Origin: an uncultured Gammaproteobacteria bacterium
Lineage (GTDB): Bacteria > Patescibacteriota > Microgenomatia > Levybacterales > UBA12049
DNA: 64,000 nucleotides
Assembly (NCBI GenBank): GCA_964635045.1
Contig: CAZWMJ010000004.1
Location: 2,205-66,204, forward strand
Direction: 5' to 3'
Shown here: piece after piece, positions 26,530 to 36,200 of the stretch
Layout of the letters: each line of letters begins with the position of its first letter
How positions within the stretch are numbered: position 1 is the stretch's first letter
Translations under genes and position numbers: made by a program
Notes under the pieces: generated by a model
The model's input: the letters and a program-made list of their open reading frames with translations, nothing else
The model's database searches: none
Told to the model about the DNA's origin: nothing

Positions 26530-29500
26530 TTATTGCGCGGTAGATTTAGCTCTTTCAAGAAGTTCTACGCTTTTTATAATAGCTAGGAGCTCGCCCTGTC
26601 TGCTCCCAATATATTCGTCTAATCGGTGGGGAAATCCTGCCTGCGATCCACTAGCAAACATCACATATATTTGTCTGGCTCGAACTTTGGGTTCTTGAAT
26701 ACCTGCTTCTGCAAAGAATGTTTCCAAAGCTTCAACCTTAGTCCTATCACCGCTAAACATTATACGACGATTGGGGTCTGATACTTCTTCGGCTTCCCTA
26801 GCTTGTTGAATAGTTCTCAATGAATTACTTGATAGTTCCAAGATGCTTCTTAAGGTTCCTTTGTCAACGGTTGCTAACGACGGGTCACCGTAATAGGCTG
26901 TTTTTAGTTCTTCTCCCAGACGGTTTATTTCAACATTTGTTAATCCGACCTCATGTCTAACAGAAGAAAGCAGACTGGCCGGAATTTCTGCAGTGGGCGT
27001 AGCGCGCGGGGCTGGTGTTTCAGTTGTCGCCGGCGCCGGTGCAGCCGGAGCGGTTGGAGCTGATGGTTCTGGGAGTGGGGGAGCTTGAGTTTTCTCATTT
27101 AATATTCCATTAACAATTTCTACTTCGGCCGCTTCTGCCAGTTTTCCAAAATAGTCTGCTCTTTTTTCTGCAACATTATTGACAGCCCTCAAATGTGTCA
27201 CCTCGGCTTGGTTTCTTGCCAAAAGAGCATCCAAAAACAGCGTGTCTGATACTGATTTTCCTTCTTTAAGTTGAGTAATAAGTTTAGCAAAAGTTGTGTT
27301 TTTTTCTTTCAATGTCTTCCGCAATTTATCTATCTGTCCTCTGTCTCTAGAATCTATTCCAGCTTGACTATCAAAGAGCCCAGTAAACGCATCGAATGCT
27401 TGGTCGCGTTTATTGTAATCTCTGTCGTTTTTCTTGCTCTGCAGATAGGTGTCATAGGCAGTGCAGGCTTTTTGAAACGCATTCTGTAAAGGGGTATTGT
27501 TAAAAACTCTTTGAGCTAACAACTGTTGGTGATACACTAAGTCCCAAGTGGCGAAATAGTCAGCTGTATTATAGGGCAGACGAGAGGCTATAACACTCTT
27601 ATTCTCTTGCTCTTGTTGAATAGTCGTCCTTCTTGCTTCTTCGGGATGATTTAGTTGTTCAGCTAATGTACTTTCTAGAACGTCAGCAGTATCTGCGGCC
27701 CCTCTCATATAGGTTTGTTTGAGTTGAGCGATAAGCGGTTCTGCCGCCCTAAGTTCTTCTTCAAATGGAGTCGGTGGTTTTTCCCGGCGGCCAAAACTCG
27801 GTTTTGGAACTTGAGCTCTTAGGCTTTCCCAACGCTCTCCCGCCGTTTTTCTTGCTTGAGCCAGTCTTTCCCCCATACCTGCAAATGGCCGTCTTGGTGA
27901 TGGTGGAGAAGATGGTGTAGCCGGAGGCGCTTCGGCTGCTCCCGGTGCAACAGGAACTGCGGCTTCCAGCGCTTCGGTTGGTATTGCTACTCCCACTCTT
28001 TGAAGAGGTTCTAAATAGATGATTCTACTTATTTCCAATCCCGCTCTTTGTGCGGCGCCAAGTAATAATTCCAATTCTTTCTGTGCCCAACTATTAGTTG
28101 CCCTTTGATAAATAATCATTTTGCGATTTTTTTCAGCAAAATCCCGGGATAAATCTAAAATTTGCGCCTCGGGGATGCTTTCTTCGGATATTCTTTTAAG
28201 GAGAGATTGAAAGTTAACAACCCTAAGGTTAGCGTCCGAGGAAAGTCTATTAGTTTCATCTTTGTCTATACCGAGAACATCATCGAGCGTTGTGAAGAAG
28301 GCGGCGTTGGCTTGATTATATCTAGCCTCATTAGTAACGTCAGCGATTGAACCCGTTCTATACGCCCTGTCGGCATCTTTTAGTTCTTGAAACACTGTTT
28401 GCAATTTTTCTGACTCCGGAAATATTTGAGCCGGGGTGATTCCTTCAAGACCAATAATCGCACCAAGAATAGTGCCCGCTTTAAACCGGAAACCCAGAAG
28501 CATCCCTCTTTCTTCTTCCTGAAGTATAGTTTCTATCGTCTCATCTTCTCCAAGGCCTAAAGTCTTCCCTATCTGCATTTGTAATTCATCGGTTCTTTTC
28601 TCTGTCTCTAATGCTGTTTCCATAGGTTTTTCTCTGTATGCGTCACGGAGTTGGCCAAATAATTCTTGAGCGCGCGTTGTTTGCTCGGCAGTTAATGCGG
28701 CCGCTTCAGCCGTCACAGGAACTGCTTCAGCCGCTCCAGCAGCCGGTTCAGCCGGTGGGGGAGTTGCTGGCGCAACTGCCGCTTCAGTTGCTGGGGGTGG
28801 TTCTGCTGCTGCCACTGTACTTTCAACAGTTTCAGCTGCTGGTTCAGTTACTGTTGATACTGGAGCAGTTGCAGCCGGGGTTGCCGGTTGTGGGGGCCCA
28901 GACGAGGGTCTCCTCATGGCCTCTTCCATGTCCCGATTTAACCTTTCAAGGTCTCCTCCTGCGGTTGTTTGTATTTGTTCTGTCCTCTCTCGTAATCTGT
29001 CAAGCGCTCCGGCCGTATCTGCGGGAGGTACTACCCCGGCCGCGGGCGCGGCTGGAGGTTCTCCACTAGTCGCGGGCGGAATTGCTGGCCTAGCAGATGG
29101 GAGAGGTGGAAGGGTTAATTCTGCCTGTTCTATCCCCTCCGGCTGTCTGGGAGTTGATTCTTCTTCGGTGGGAATGCCTGCTTCTGCTCTTGTCCCCGGA
29201 TAATCTTTCCAGTAGTTAAGTTCTTCAGCTGTTTTTGGTTCTACTACAGGTGGTTGACCAACTGCCTCAGGCTCAATTGTAAATGGAATTGTCGTTGGTA
29301 TAACCCCCGTTGCAGCTTTATAAACATCCTCATCTGGTAGTTTTATCTCTCCCGCCGGTTTGCCGCTTTCCCCCCAGAGATCAATTTCCGGTTGAGGTTT
29401 TCGAGTAATCCCCCCCAGTCTATCTGCCGCCTGTTCGGCAGTCATTGGCCCGGTGGGTGGTTGCGGTAATTCCTCGGCAGAGGGTATTGGTTGGCCTTGT

Positions 29501-32049
29501 TCGTTTACTAATCCGCTGGGGTGTTCAGCTTGTTGAAGACGCAAAGCCGCCTCAAGTCTTTGCTCTATTTCCGCCGGCGATATTTGTGGAGCGGGACGAT
29601 GGGTTTTATCCGGTTCTCTTAAGAAATAATCGTCTAGCCATTTAGTGATAAGCTCTTCTCCAGCAGACCTTGGTACTAGGGGCTCTTCCTTGCCGAACGC
29701 TCTTTTTATTATGGTATTGTAATCTTTTTCTGAAAGAATACTCTGGAGTTTTTTCAGCAGAGGATTATCAGGAGTCACTTTAGCCGACACAAGAGAATTA
29801 GCGATGAGGTCATGGCTTAACAATGTTCGATCGTTTACATACTGTTCGGGATTGTCTAGGCTTCTTATATAATCTGCTTCGTGGTCTCTGACAAAGTCTT
29901 TGATATCAACTTTTTCACCGGTTTTTTCTTGCCATTGTGCGAAGGCCCGTAAATTATTCTCCAAATAATCTCGTGCCTGTTGCATCTCGGCTTCTCTTCT
30001 AAGTTTGGCATTTTCCATCGCGTGTGCCGAAACCACAGCATCTAGATTTTCTTTGGGGATTTCTGTCGGTCGCGGTTCATGAACTATTCTTTCTCTCAGC
30101 CCCGGCCCGCCGGGAGGAATTATCAGTTCTTCCGGAGGAGTGGTCGGTGGAGTAATCCCCCCAAGTCTATCTGCCGCCTGTTCGGCAGTCATTGGCCCGG
30201 TGGGTTCTGCTGCTGGCTCTCCAACTATGGTGGAGGGGATTTCCTGACCTTGTTCGGTTACTAATCCGCTTGGATGTTCAGCTTTCTGTTTTTCCAAAGC
30301 GTCTTTTAATCGTTGATCTATTTCTTCCGGCGGTATTCCGGAAAAAGGCGGGTGTACTTTTAGTGGAGGAGCCGGAGAAAGAGTCTCATCTAATAGTTTT
30401 TTCCCTTCCGCCGGTTTACCACTCTCCCCCCAGAGATCAATGGTGGGTTCTTGTCCGGTTGGTGGCGTCGGCGCAGGCGTAGTTGTCTTAACCGGCGTAA
30501 TAGTTTCTGCCTCTTGTTCTATTCCTTCCATATCCCTGCGAATAAATGGTTCTTTAGTAGTGGCAGCAGGCTCTCTTGGACCAAAATCTTTCCAATAACC
30601 AATCTGTGGAGGAGCAGTTCCTGCCTCCTCTTTTATTCCCTCCGGCTGTCTGGGAGTTGGTTTTTCTCCGGCAGAAGTATCAGCGTCCGCTCTCCACCCC
30701 GGAGAATCTTTCCAATAACCAATCTCTGGTTTTTGTCCGGGCGGTGGTGTTACTACTGTTGGTTCCGTTGGCGGCTTGACTACTGTTGGTGTTCTTCCTC
30801 CCCCCGTAGGTTCCTGTGTCCCTCCCTCAATGAATCTTTTTCTGGTAACCTGGGGGTTTCTCTCCAGTTTGATGGGGGTTTTCACCCCTCTCTCAAACCG
30901 CTCTTCTCCTTTGAGGGCCAGAAGAAACAGGTGGAGGCTTAAGGCATCTATCTCTCCTTTCATCTGTTCTTGAAGTTTTTGTTTGCCAATATCCTGGTTA
31001 AATCCCTGGTAGTTATCAATCATAGTTTCAAGACCGGGTTTGCTGAAATCTATCTCTTTTAAGATGTCTGCCATATCTAAAGCTACCGGGGTGAGAGTTG
31101 ACAGATCTGCTGTTGATGCTCCAGCTGGTGCCGTATCCACATTTCTTTTATGCTGAAGAGCTTCTTTAATGTTGCGGTAGAATCTGCCTCTGACTTCCGC
31201 ATAGGTTAGTTTGGTGGTAAATCTATCTTCCGCTGATTGAGGCTTGGCCAGTCTTTCTCTAAGAGACTGGATCATATTTCTATAGGAGGGAGGTTTACCT
31301 TCCTGTTTGAGAGTATTGGCAATATCCGTAATGACAATACCTACTCCCGGATATCGTTTCTCCGGAAAGGCAGTCATCAGGGTGGGGTCTTCCACATCTG
31401 CCAGCCTATCTTCAATTAGTCTAAAGGCCAGGAAATCCTGTCTGGCTTCCCTTAACATCTCTCTCGGTTTGCCTTCATCATCCAGATAGTAGGCCACATA
31501 AGGTCCTTCTGCCTGATCTCTCACTCCCAGTTCTCCCACCTGGGTAAGTACGGTATTAGGCCTGTTCTCCGCAAATTGAGTACGCAGATCCTCAATCATT
31601 CTTTGTTGTTCTTCCTGCCGCATGGTAGTAAAGTGAGCTTCAATTGTGCGGGCCAGTTCTCTCAGATCAGGATGATTTTCCCCCATCAGAATCTGTTTCA
31701 CCCAATCATCACCGGAATATGCTTCTGAATCCCTAACTCTCTTATCTATCTCTCCCAGCTTTCTCTTTCGATACTGATCATCATTCTCCCCCGTATTCTT
31801 GGGAAGATGAGAGGCAATCTTATCATCGGCAAACTTATCTCCCAGATAGGCATCTGCCCTTTTAAATTCTGCAGACTTTTTATATGCCTCAAGGGGAATA
31901 CCTAAATCTCTTCTCTCATCATGAATTTTTAAAGAAGCCGGTCTTCCCTGTTGGGCAGGAACTGTGTCTGGTTGGGGAGAGGTTTGGCTTCCCTCTCCTG
32001 AGGGGGCGGGGGGAGGGGAAGTTGGTTGTTCTGGTGTCGGATCTGCCAT
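26530..32049 (-). CDS. giant protein 1 (1839 aa): shared N-module + repeat-rich Pro/Ala/Glu body + helical C-region
   Basis: One uninterrupted ORF. The N-terminal region of about 420 aa is identical to giant protein 2. There is no signal peptide and no TM helix. It contains internal repeated linear motifs (see findings). Its stop is 2 nt from the start of 24146..26527. Confidence 0.8.
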   Translation of the reverse strand: MADPTPEQPTSPPPAPSGEGSQTSPQPDTVPAQQGRPASLKIHDERRDLGIPLEAYKKSAEFKRADAYLGDKFADDKIASHLPKNTGENDDQYRKRKLGEIDKRVRDSEAYSGDDWVKQILMGENHPDLRELARTIEAHFTTMRQEEQQRMIEDLRTQFAENRPNTVLTQVGELGVRDQAEGPYVAYYLDDEGKPREMLREARQDFLAFRLIEDRLADVEDPTLMTAFPEKRYPGVGIVITDIANTLKQEGKPPSYRNMIQSLRERLAKPQSAEDRFTTKLTYAEVRGRFYRNIKEALQHKRNVDTAPAGASTADLSTLTPVALDMADILKEIDFSKPGLETMIDNYQGFNQDIGKQKLQEQMKGEIDALSLHLFLLALKGEERFERGVKTPIKLERNPQVTRKRFIEGGTQEPTGGGRTPTVVKPPTEPTVVTPPPGQKPEIGYWKDSPGWRADADTSAGEKPTPRQPEGIKEEAGTAPPQIGYWKDFGPREPAATTKEPFIRRDMEGIEQEAETITPVKTTTPAPTPPTGQEPTIDLWGESGKPAEGKKLLDETLSPAPPLKVHPPFSGIPPEEIDQRLKDALEKQKAEHPSGLVTEQGQEIPSTIVGEPAAEPTGPMTAEQAADRLGGITPPTTPPEELIIPPGGPGLRERIVHEPRPTEIPKENLDAVVSAHAMENAKLRREAEMQQARDYLENNLRAFAQWQEKTGEKVDIKDFVRDHEADYIRSLDNPEQYVNDRTLLSHDLIANSLVSAKVTPDNPLLKKLQSILSEKDYNTIIKRAFGKEEPLVPRSAGEELITKWLDDYFLREPDKTHRPAPQISPAEIEQRLEAALRLQQAEHPSGLVNEQGQPIPSAEELPQPPTGPMTAEQAADRLGGITRKPQPEIDLWGESGKPAGEIKLPDEDVYKAATGVIPTTIPFTIEPEAVGQPPVVEPKTAEELNYWKDYPGTRAEAGIPTEEESTPRQPEGIEQAELTLPPLPSARPAIPPATSGEPPAAPAAGVVPPADTAGALDRLRERTEQIQTTAGGDLERLNRDMEEAMRRPSSGPPQPATPAATAPVSTVTEPAAETVESTVAAAEPPPATEAAVAPATPPPAEPAAGAAEAVPVTAEAAALTAEQTTRAQELFGQLRDAYREKPMETALETEKRTDELQMQIGKTLGLGEDETIETILQEEERGMLLGFRFKAGTILGAIIGLEGITPAQIFPESEKLQTVFQELKDADRAYRTGSIADVTNEARYNQANAAFFTTLDDVLGIDKDETNRLSSDANLRVVNFQSLLKRISEESIPEAQILDLSRDFAEKNRKMIIYQRATNSWAQKELELLLGAAQRAGLEISRIIYLEPLQRVGVAIPTEALEAAVPVAPGAAEAPPATPSSPPSPRRPFAGMGERLAQARKTAGERWESLRAQVPKPSFGRREKPPTPFEEELRAAEPLIAQLKQTYMRGAADTADVLESTLAEQLNHPEEARRTTIQQEQENKSVIASRLPYNTADYFATWDLVYHQQLLAQRVFNNTPLQNAFQKACTAYDTYLQSKKNDRDYNKRDQAFDAFTGLFDSQAGIDSRDRGQIDKLRKTLKEKNTTFAKLITQLKEGKSVSDTLFLDALLARNQAEVTHLRAVNNVAEKRADYFGKLAEAAEVEIVNGILNEKTQAPPLPEPSAPTAPAAPAPATTETPAPRATPTAEIPASLLSSVRHEVGLTNVEINRLGEELKTAYYGDPSLATVDKGTLRSILELSSNSLRTIQQAREAEEVSDPNRRIMFSGDRTKVEALETFFAEAGIQEPKVRARQIYVMFASGSQAGFPHRLDEYIGSRQGELLAIIKSVELLERAKSTAQ
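30786..32040. repeat. 1255-bp direct repeat, copy 1 (5' coding module of giant gene 1)
   Basis: The offset to copy 2 is exactly 7667 nt. Protein sequences and even off-frame shadow ORFs are identical (31237..31419 = 38904..39086; 31307..31489 = 38974..39156), which implies DNA identity wherever it was checked. Confidence 0.9.
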
Positions 32050-32073
32050 AGCAATAATTATGGTTACTAATTT

Positions 32074-32102
32074 ATTGTGAAGGAAGAAAAACCAAAAGTC
32101 AA
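32074..32102 (-). promoter_or_regulatory. putative promoter of giant gene 1 (minus strand TTGACT, 17 nt spacer, CACAAT)
   Basis: Read on the minus strand. The same hexamer pair and spacing occur upstream of giant gene 2. Confidence 0.35.
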
Positions 32103-32119
32103 ATAGCGTGTTGTTCTCA

Positions 32120-33118
32120 TCACGTCTCGCGAATTACATCATACCCTTTCACGTTCCCTACCAGAGCAAATGCGATAATATGTTTTGCTATTTTTGCCGC
32201 TTTTATCTTCTTGGCCGTCTCGTTAAAAGAAGCGCCTGATCCTACCACGTCATCAATAAGTAAGATATTTTTGTAATAAGGCCCGGCGATACTTTTTAAA
32301 TAAATTGAATCCCGGGCATTAATTATTCTTTCTTCAAGACTGGCTAATGTTTTTTGTGGAATGGGAATATCTCCGGGAATAACTTTTACCAGAGCAATTT
32401 TGGGTGTTGACAGATCAAGCTGCCTGGCAAACTCATCCATAAACTGTAATGGTCTGGGCACTGTGGGAGGAATATAGGCAATTGCAGAAATTGAATAGGC
32501 CTTGATAACCTTTTCTATTACCGGTTTAGCTATTGCCGCTGTTTGATCAATAAGCGTTCTTGTTCCTGTCTGTTTGGCATACATAACCAGTTTTGCCAGC
32601 TTCGTTCTCCCAAATACTCGGTAGCTGTAGATATCCTGGAACAACAAATGATCAATATATGATTTGGTAAAGGCATTTTTAATCTTTTCCCCCGCGTCAA
32701 TCCATCCCCCTTTGGCGAAATGCTTTTTTTGTTCCTTCCAAACAGCGGCATATTCTTCCGCCGCTTCTATATAAGACCTTCTCTTCCCGTATTGCCCTAC
32801 CCAATAATTAAATCCTTCTATTCCATATAGCAGTCTTCCGTTGGGAGTAATTGAGAGAAAATTTTCCGAGATGATACGTTGGGTATGTTCCAATAATTTT
32901 TCAGTATCAATGGAGCGAAATTTTTCTTTCGCGGGAAAGGTGTAAAAAACAATTGGTGGTTTGCCTTCCCTTTTAATAAGCCCATCATCAAGCAATCTTT
33001 TTAATTGCTTATGAACAGCTACATTACTAATACCCAGCAAGCGCACCAAATCATGCGCTCTTGCTTGTCCATGATAGCCAATATAGTTGAGAATTTTATC
33101 TCTTGTGTCTGTTAACAT
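32120..33118 (-). CDS. winged-helix HTH + type I phosphoribosyltransferase-domain protein (ComF/PurR-like architecture)
   Basis: 332 aa. The N-terminal HTH is ARAHDLVRLLGISNVAVHKQLKRLLDDGLIKREG. The C-terminal PRT motif is NILLIDDVVGSGASFNETAKKIK. Confidence 0.7.
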   Translation of the reverse strand: MLTDTRDKILNYIGYHGQARAHDLVRLLGISNVAVHKQLKRLLDDGLIKREGKPPIVFYTFPAKEKFRSIDTEKLLEHTQRIISENFLSITPNGRLLYGIEGFNYWVGQYGKRRSYIEAAEEYAAVWKEQKKHFAKGGWIDAGEKIKNAFTKSYIDHLLFQDIYSYRVFGRTKLAKLVMYAKQTGTRTLIDQTAAIAKPVIEKVIKAYSISAIAYIPPTVPRPLQFMDEFARQLDLSTPKIALVKVIPGDIPIPQKTLASLEERIINARDSIYLKSIAGPYYKNILLIDDVVGSGASFNETAKKIKAAKIAKHIIAFALVGNVKGYDVIRET

Positions 33119-33200
33119 AGTTTATGGTTAGTAGTTTACTATAAACTATTAATCATGTCAAGTGAGGTTAGTGGTTGGGAAAAAAACCAAAAGTCAAATA

Positions 33201-36200
33201 CTAAGCGGTTTTTAGGTACTCCTGAATTACTGGGATTTTACTAAGATAATTCGTAAACATATCCACATATTGGCTTGACCTGTCGGCCTCGTTTCCATAG
33301 CCACCTGTTTGATCGACATCGGCTGTTTTATATTCATAAGCGGGCGTTGTTAAATCACCGGCTTTAATCCATGTTTTTCTTAGGCCAACTGTCTGAATCT
33401 CACTGTCATCCTCAACTCCTCCTATCCAGGCCCGTCCTTTTCCGTCACGGCAAAACATATATTGCAGTTTTCCATCTTTTGAAGGAAACACCTCTATGGT
33501 TACATCTCCATAAAGACTTGTTTTCTGTTTCCAACTGGTTAGTTTTTTATTAAAGTCAGGCGACATAGAGGGATTTGTAAACTGAAGTTGTTCTGGTTTG
33601 TTTTTACTATCTTCAGTCGGAGGATAAAAATCACCCTCTAATTTTTTCGGTTCTGCTTCTACTGTCAGCACTAATGTGCCGGGAGAATTTCTATCTCTGG
33701 CTGTACCGGCAAAAATCAGATTTGGATTACTAACATTAAGTATTGGAGCGCTTTCTTTAGAGAACTCTGCCAGCGCTTGTTGAAGCATTATTGGTAAAGT
33801 AACGCTTTCCTCACCATACCCTTTGTCATACCAATCGATATCCCCCTTGTTTTTACCGGGCGTGTAATTAGGTAAATATCTCCAAACACCCTGTGAGTTG
33901 CTGCGGTAGAATGTTCTAGCAACAATTTGTCCCTCTTTTTCTACATAACCAACTACGGCAATTCTTCCATCTGCTAAATTATAGGGGGTAGAGGATAGGA
34001 AAACAGTCGTATTGCCAAGTTTTATTTTGTGTTTAGGAGCTAAACCTTCTTGTTGTAAAATTTGAGCAGTCAGCATGTCGCCGTGGAAGGAATGACCGTG
34101 AATTGCTACCTTACCCATAATCTCCTGACTTTCCGCATCGCTAACTTGTTCTATGGGAATCCGTCCGGTCGCCAGTCCCGCTTCCAGGGCGGTAAGTTCG
34201 GGGAAGACCGAGTGGGCGGCCTCTTTGGTTTGATTAAAGTACTGTTCCAGCTTGGCCGGATCTCCCAAACCATAAACTTTACCGTTTGCAATAAACTTTT
34301 CCCTTAATTCAGGCGTGAGAGTTTCCGGCAGAAGAACTGTTTTTAGAGTTTTCCCAACCTCGGTTTTTTCCTCAGGCGTAAGCTGATCATACCAAACTTT
34401 TACTCTACGCAGTCTGTCGGTAAAACCTTTAACGGTATCTGCATATATTGAACCGGCCATATCTCCCTGTTTTTCATAAATGGCAAGATCAAGTTCGCGA
34501 TCAAGTTTCATTAACTGGGGAATTTCTGGCCTGTTTTCAACCTTTTGATAGAGAGGATAGGGACGTGGCCGCGGCACACCGGTGAGTTCTCCTTCAGCTG
34601 GCGGGACAGTGATAAGTTGATTAAATCCGACTGCTTCAGGAGGGAGAATTTTGGCTGGCGGTCGATGGATGAATCCGCCCACAGCCAGATTTCCCCAAAT
34701 AGTGCTTAATGCTTCAGGAGAAAAAATCTCTCCGGGGATATTTTCGATGGCATCACCATCTCTGGCAAAAGGAGTCGGAGCTTTGATGACCACAAAAGCC
34801 GTCCCGTCTTTTAATTCTTCAGGGTGGAACTTGGTGGCATCCTCGGCATACAAAGTGACGGTTCTTTCCTTTCCCGCCCAGTCAAACTTAATGACTCTTT
34901 TACCCCCCTTGCCAAGTACGCCCGTGTCAGTTGTTGATTTTATATTGCCGCCAATGTCTTTAATTTCGTTTTCAACACTTTCGGTTGTAGGTTTACCATT
35001 TTTATCTACATAACCGGCATAGTCCACAAAAACAAAATTAGCACCATTGGTAAAGGCTAGAGGATAGGTGATATCAAAAAAAGCTCCTGGATAATATATT
35101 GGAAGTCCGCGTTTAATAACTTCTGAATTAGCGGCAATTTGGCGAATTTGCGACAGATTATCCCATATCTCTTCTGTTCCGCGGCTTTTTTTTAATTTTT
35201 CCCAATCCGGATGGGCAAAAGCGATCTGCGATTCCAGTTCTTCAGTCTTCTTTTTTTCTTCTTCCTTCTTTTTTTCTGTAGCTTTTTCTGTTTCGGCGGG
35301 TGTTTTCCCCTTTCCTTGTTCAATTGCCGGTTTACCCGCGCGCTCCGGGGCCTCCGGAGGACGGCGGCGCCAGGGAATGGGCAGGCCCCAGTCAACTCTG
35401 GTAAAGGTTAGTTCTGTAGGCGGAATGTATTCGGTGGCGGTGGGGGGAGTGAAATGAAAGAGAAACGGATTTTTGAGCGGATCTGGTTGATCAATACCCC
35501 ATGCTTCCGTATCCATCAACTGAAGCATGTTTTTAATAGGAGTATTGGGAGTATTACTTAGACCGAGATCAACATTGCCGTAATGATTAAAATCCACGTC
35601 AAATGTACCATCCGGTCTCATAAATCCATGAAGCATGGTGCCGTCGGGAGCGGTAATTGACATTTTTCCAATCTCGGTAAGTCCGGTGGCAGGGTCAATT
35701 CTGCCTGCTTCCTGAGCCCACACATCGTATGGTTTGCCCTCGGGGTTTAGCCAATTAGACTGGGTGATGTCATGGGTGTTAACCAGGAAACTTCCTCTGA
35801 AATCGCCCCCGCCCAGCACCTCATCCGGAGTTTGTCCCACCCCGCCCCGGGTGATATCCTGCATGTGGTTTAAGAAATTGTGGACATCTGTTAGTTGATT
35901 CCGCCAGTTGGCCAGGGCGGTTTGGATGTCTGAAGGTAAATCTTTGGGTTCGCCGGCAATAATCAGATTAGTCTGTCCATCAGCTTGCTGATGAAGCCAC
36001 ATGGGAGGAGCGGGCAGAGGCACTTTATTGCCGTTGGGGTCAGTTTGGATAATCGTGAGGACCCGATCGCCGCCGCTTGCTACCCCTACCTCTAGCTCCT
36101 GACCCGGTCCAATAGAAATGTTTTGGGGATTTGGATCAGCGGAGACATTTTTCAAATCAACACCAAACAGTCTTCTGACAGGAGTTCTGGCCACCCAGGC

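Noticed and set aside
28638-30973. Many plus-strand ORFs (for example 28638..29069, 30192..30482, 30451..30942, 30776..30973) lie inside giant gene 1, with similar ones inside giant gene 2 (34651..35013, 36774..37310, 38317..38640).
   Set aside because: They are antisense shadow ORFs of very long, GC-richer, low-stop coding sequence. Their products are Leu/Ser/Pro/Arg-rich with no recognisable motifs. The duplicated ones are identical only because they lie in the 1255-bp repeat.
30786-32040. The 1255-bp perfect repeat pair might be an insertion sequence or transposon.
   Set aside because: There is no transposase, no terminal inverted repeats and no target-site duplication. Both copies are in-frame 5' portions of long ORFs. 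A coding-module duplication or gene conversion fits better. Assembly artefact remains a caveat, noted in the findings.
35192-35411. Lys/Glu-rich ORFs on both strands (35192..35395 -, 35211..35411 +) might be separate small genes.
   Set aside because: They lie inside the K/E-rich spacer of giant gene 2 (…EKKKEEEKKKTEELE…). They are alternative-frame readings of a purine-rich low-complexity tract.
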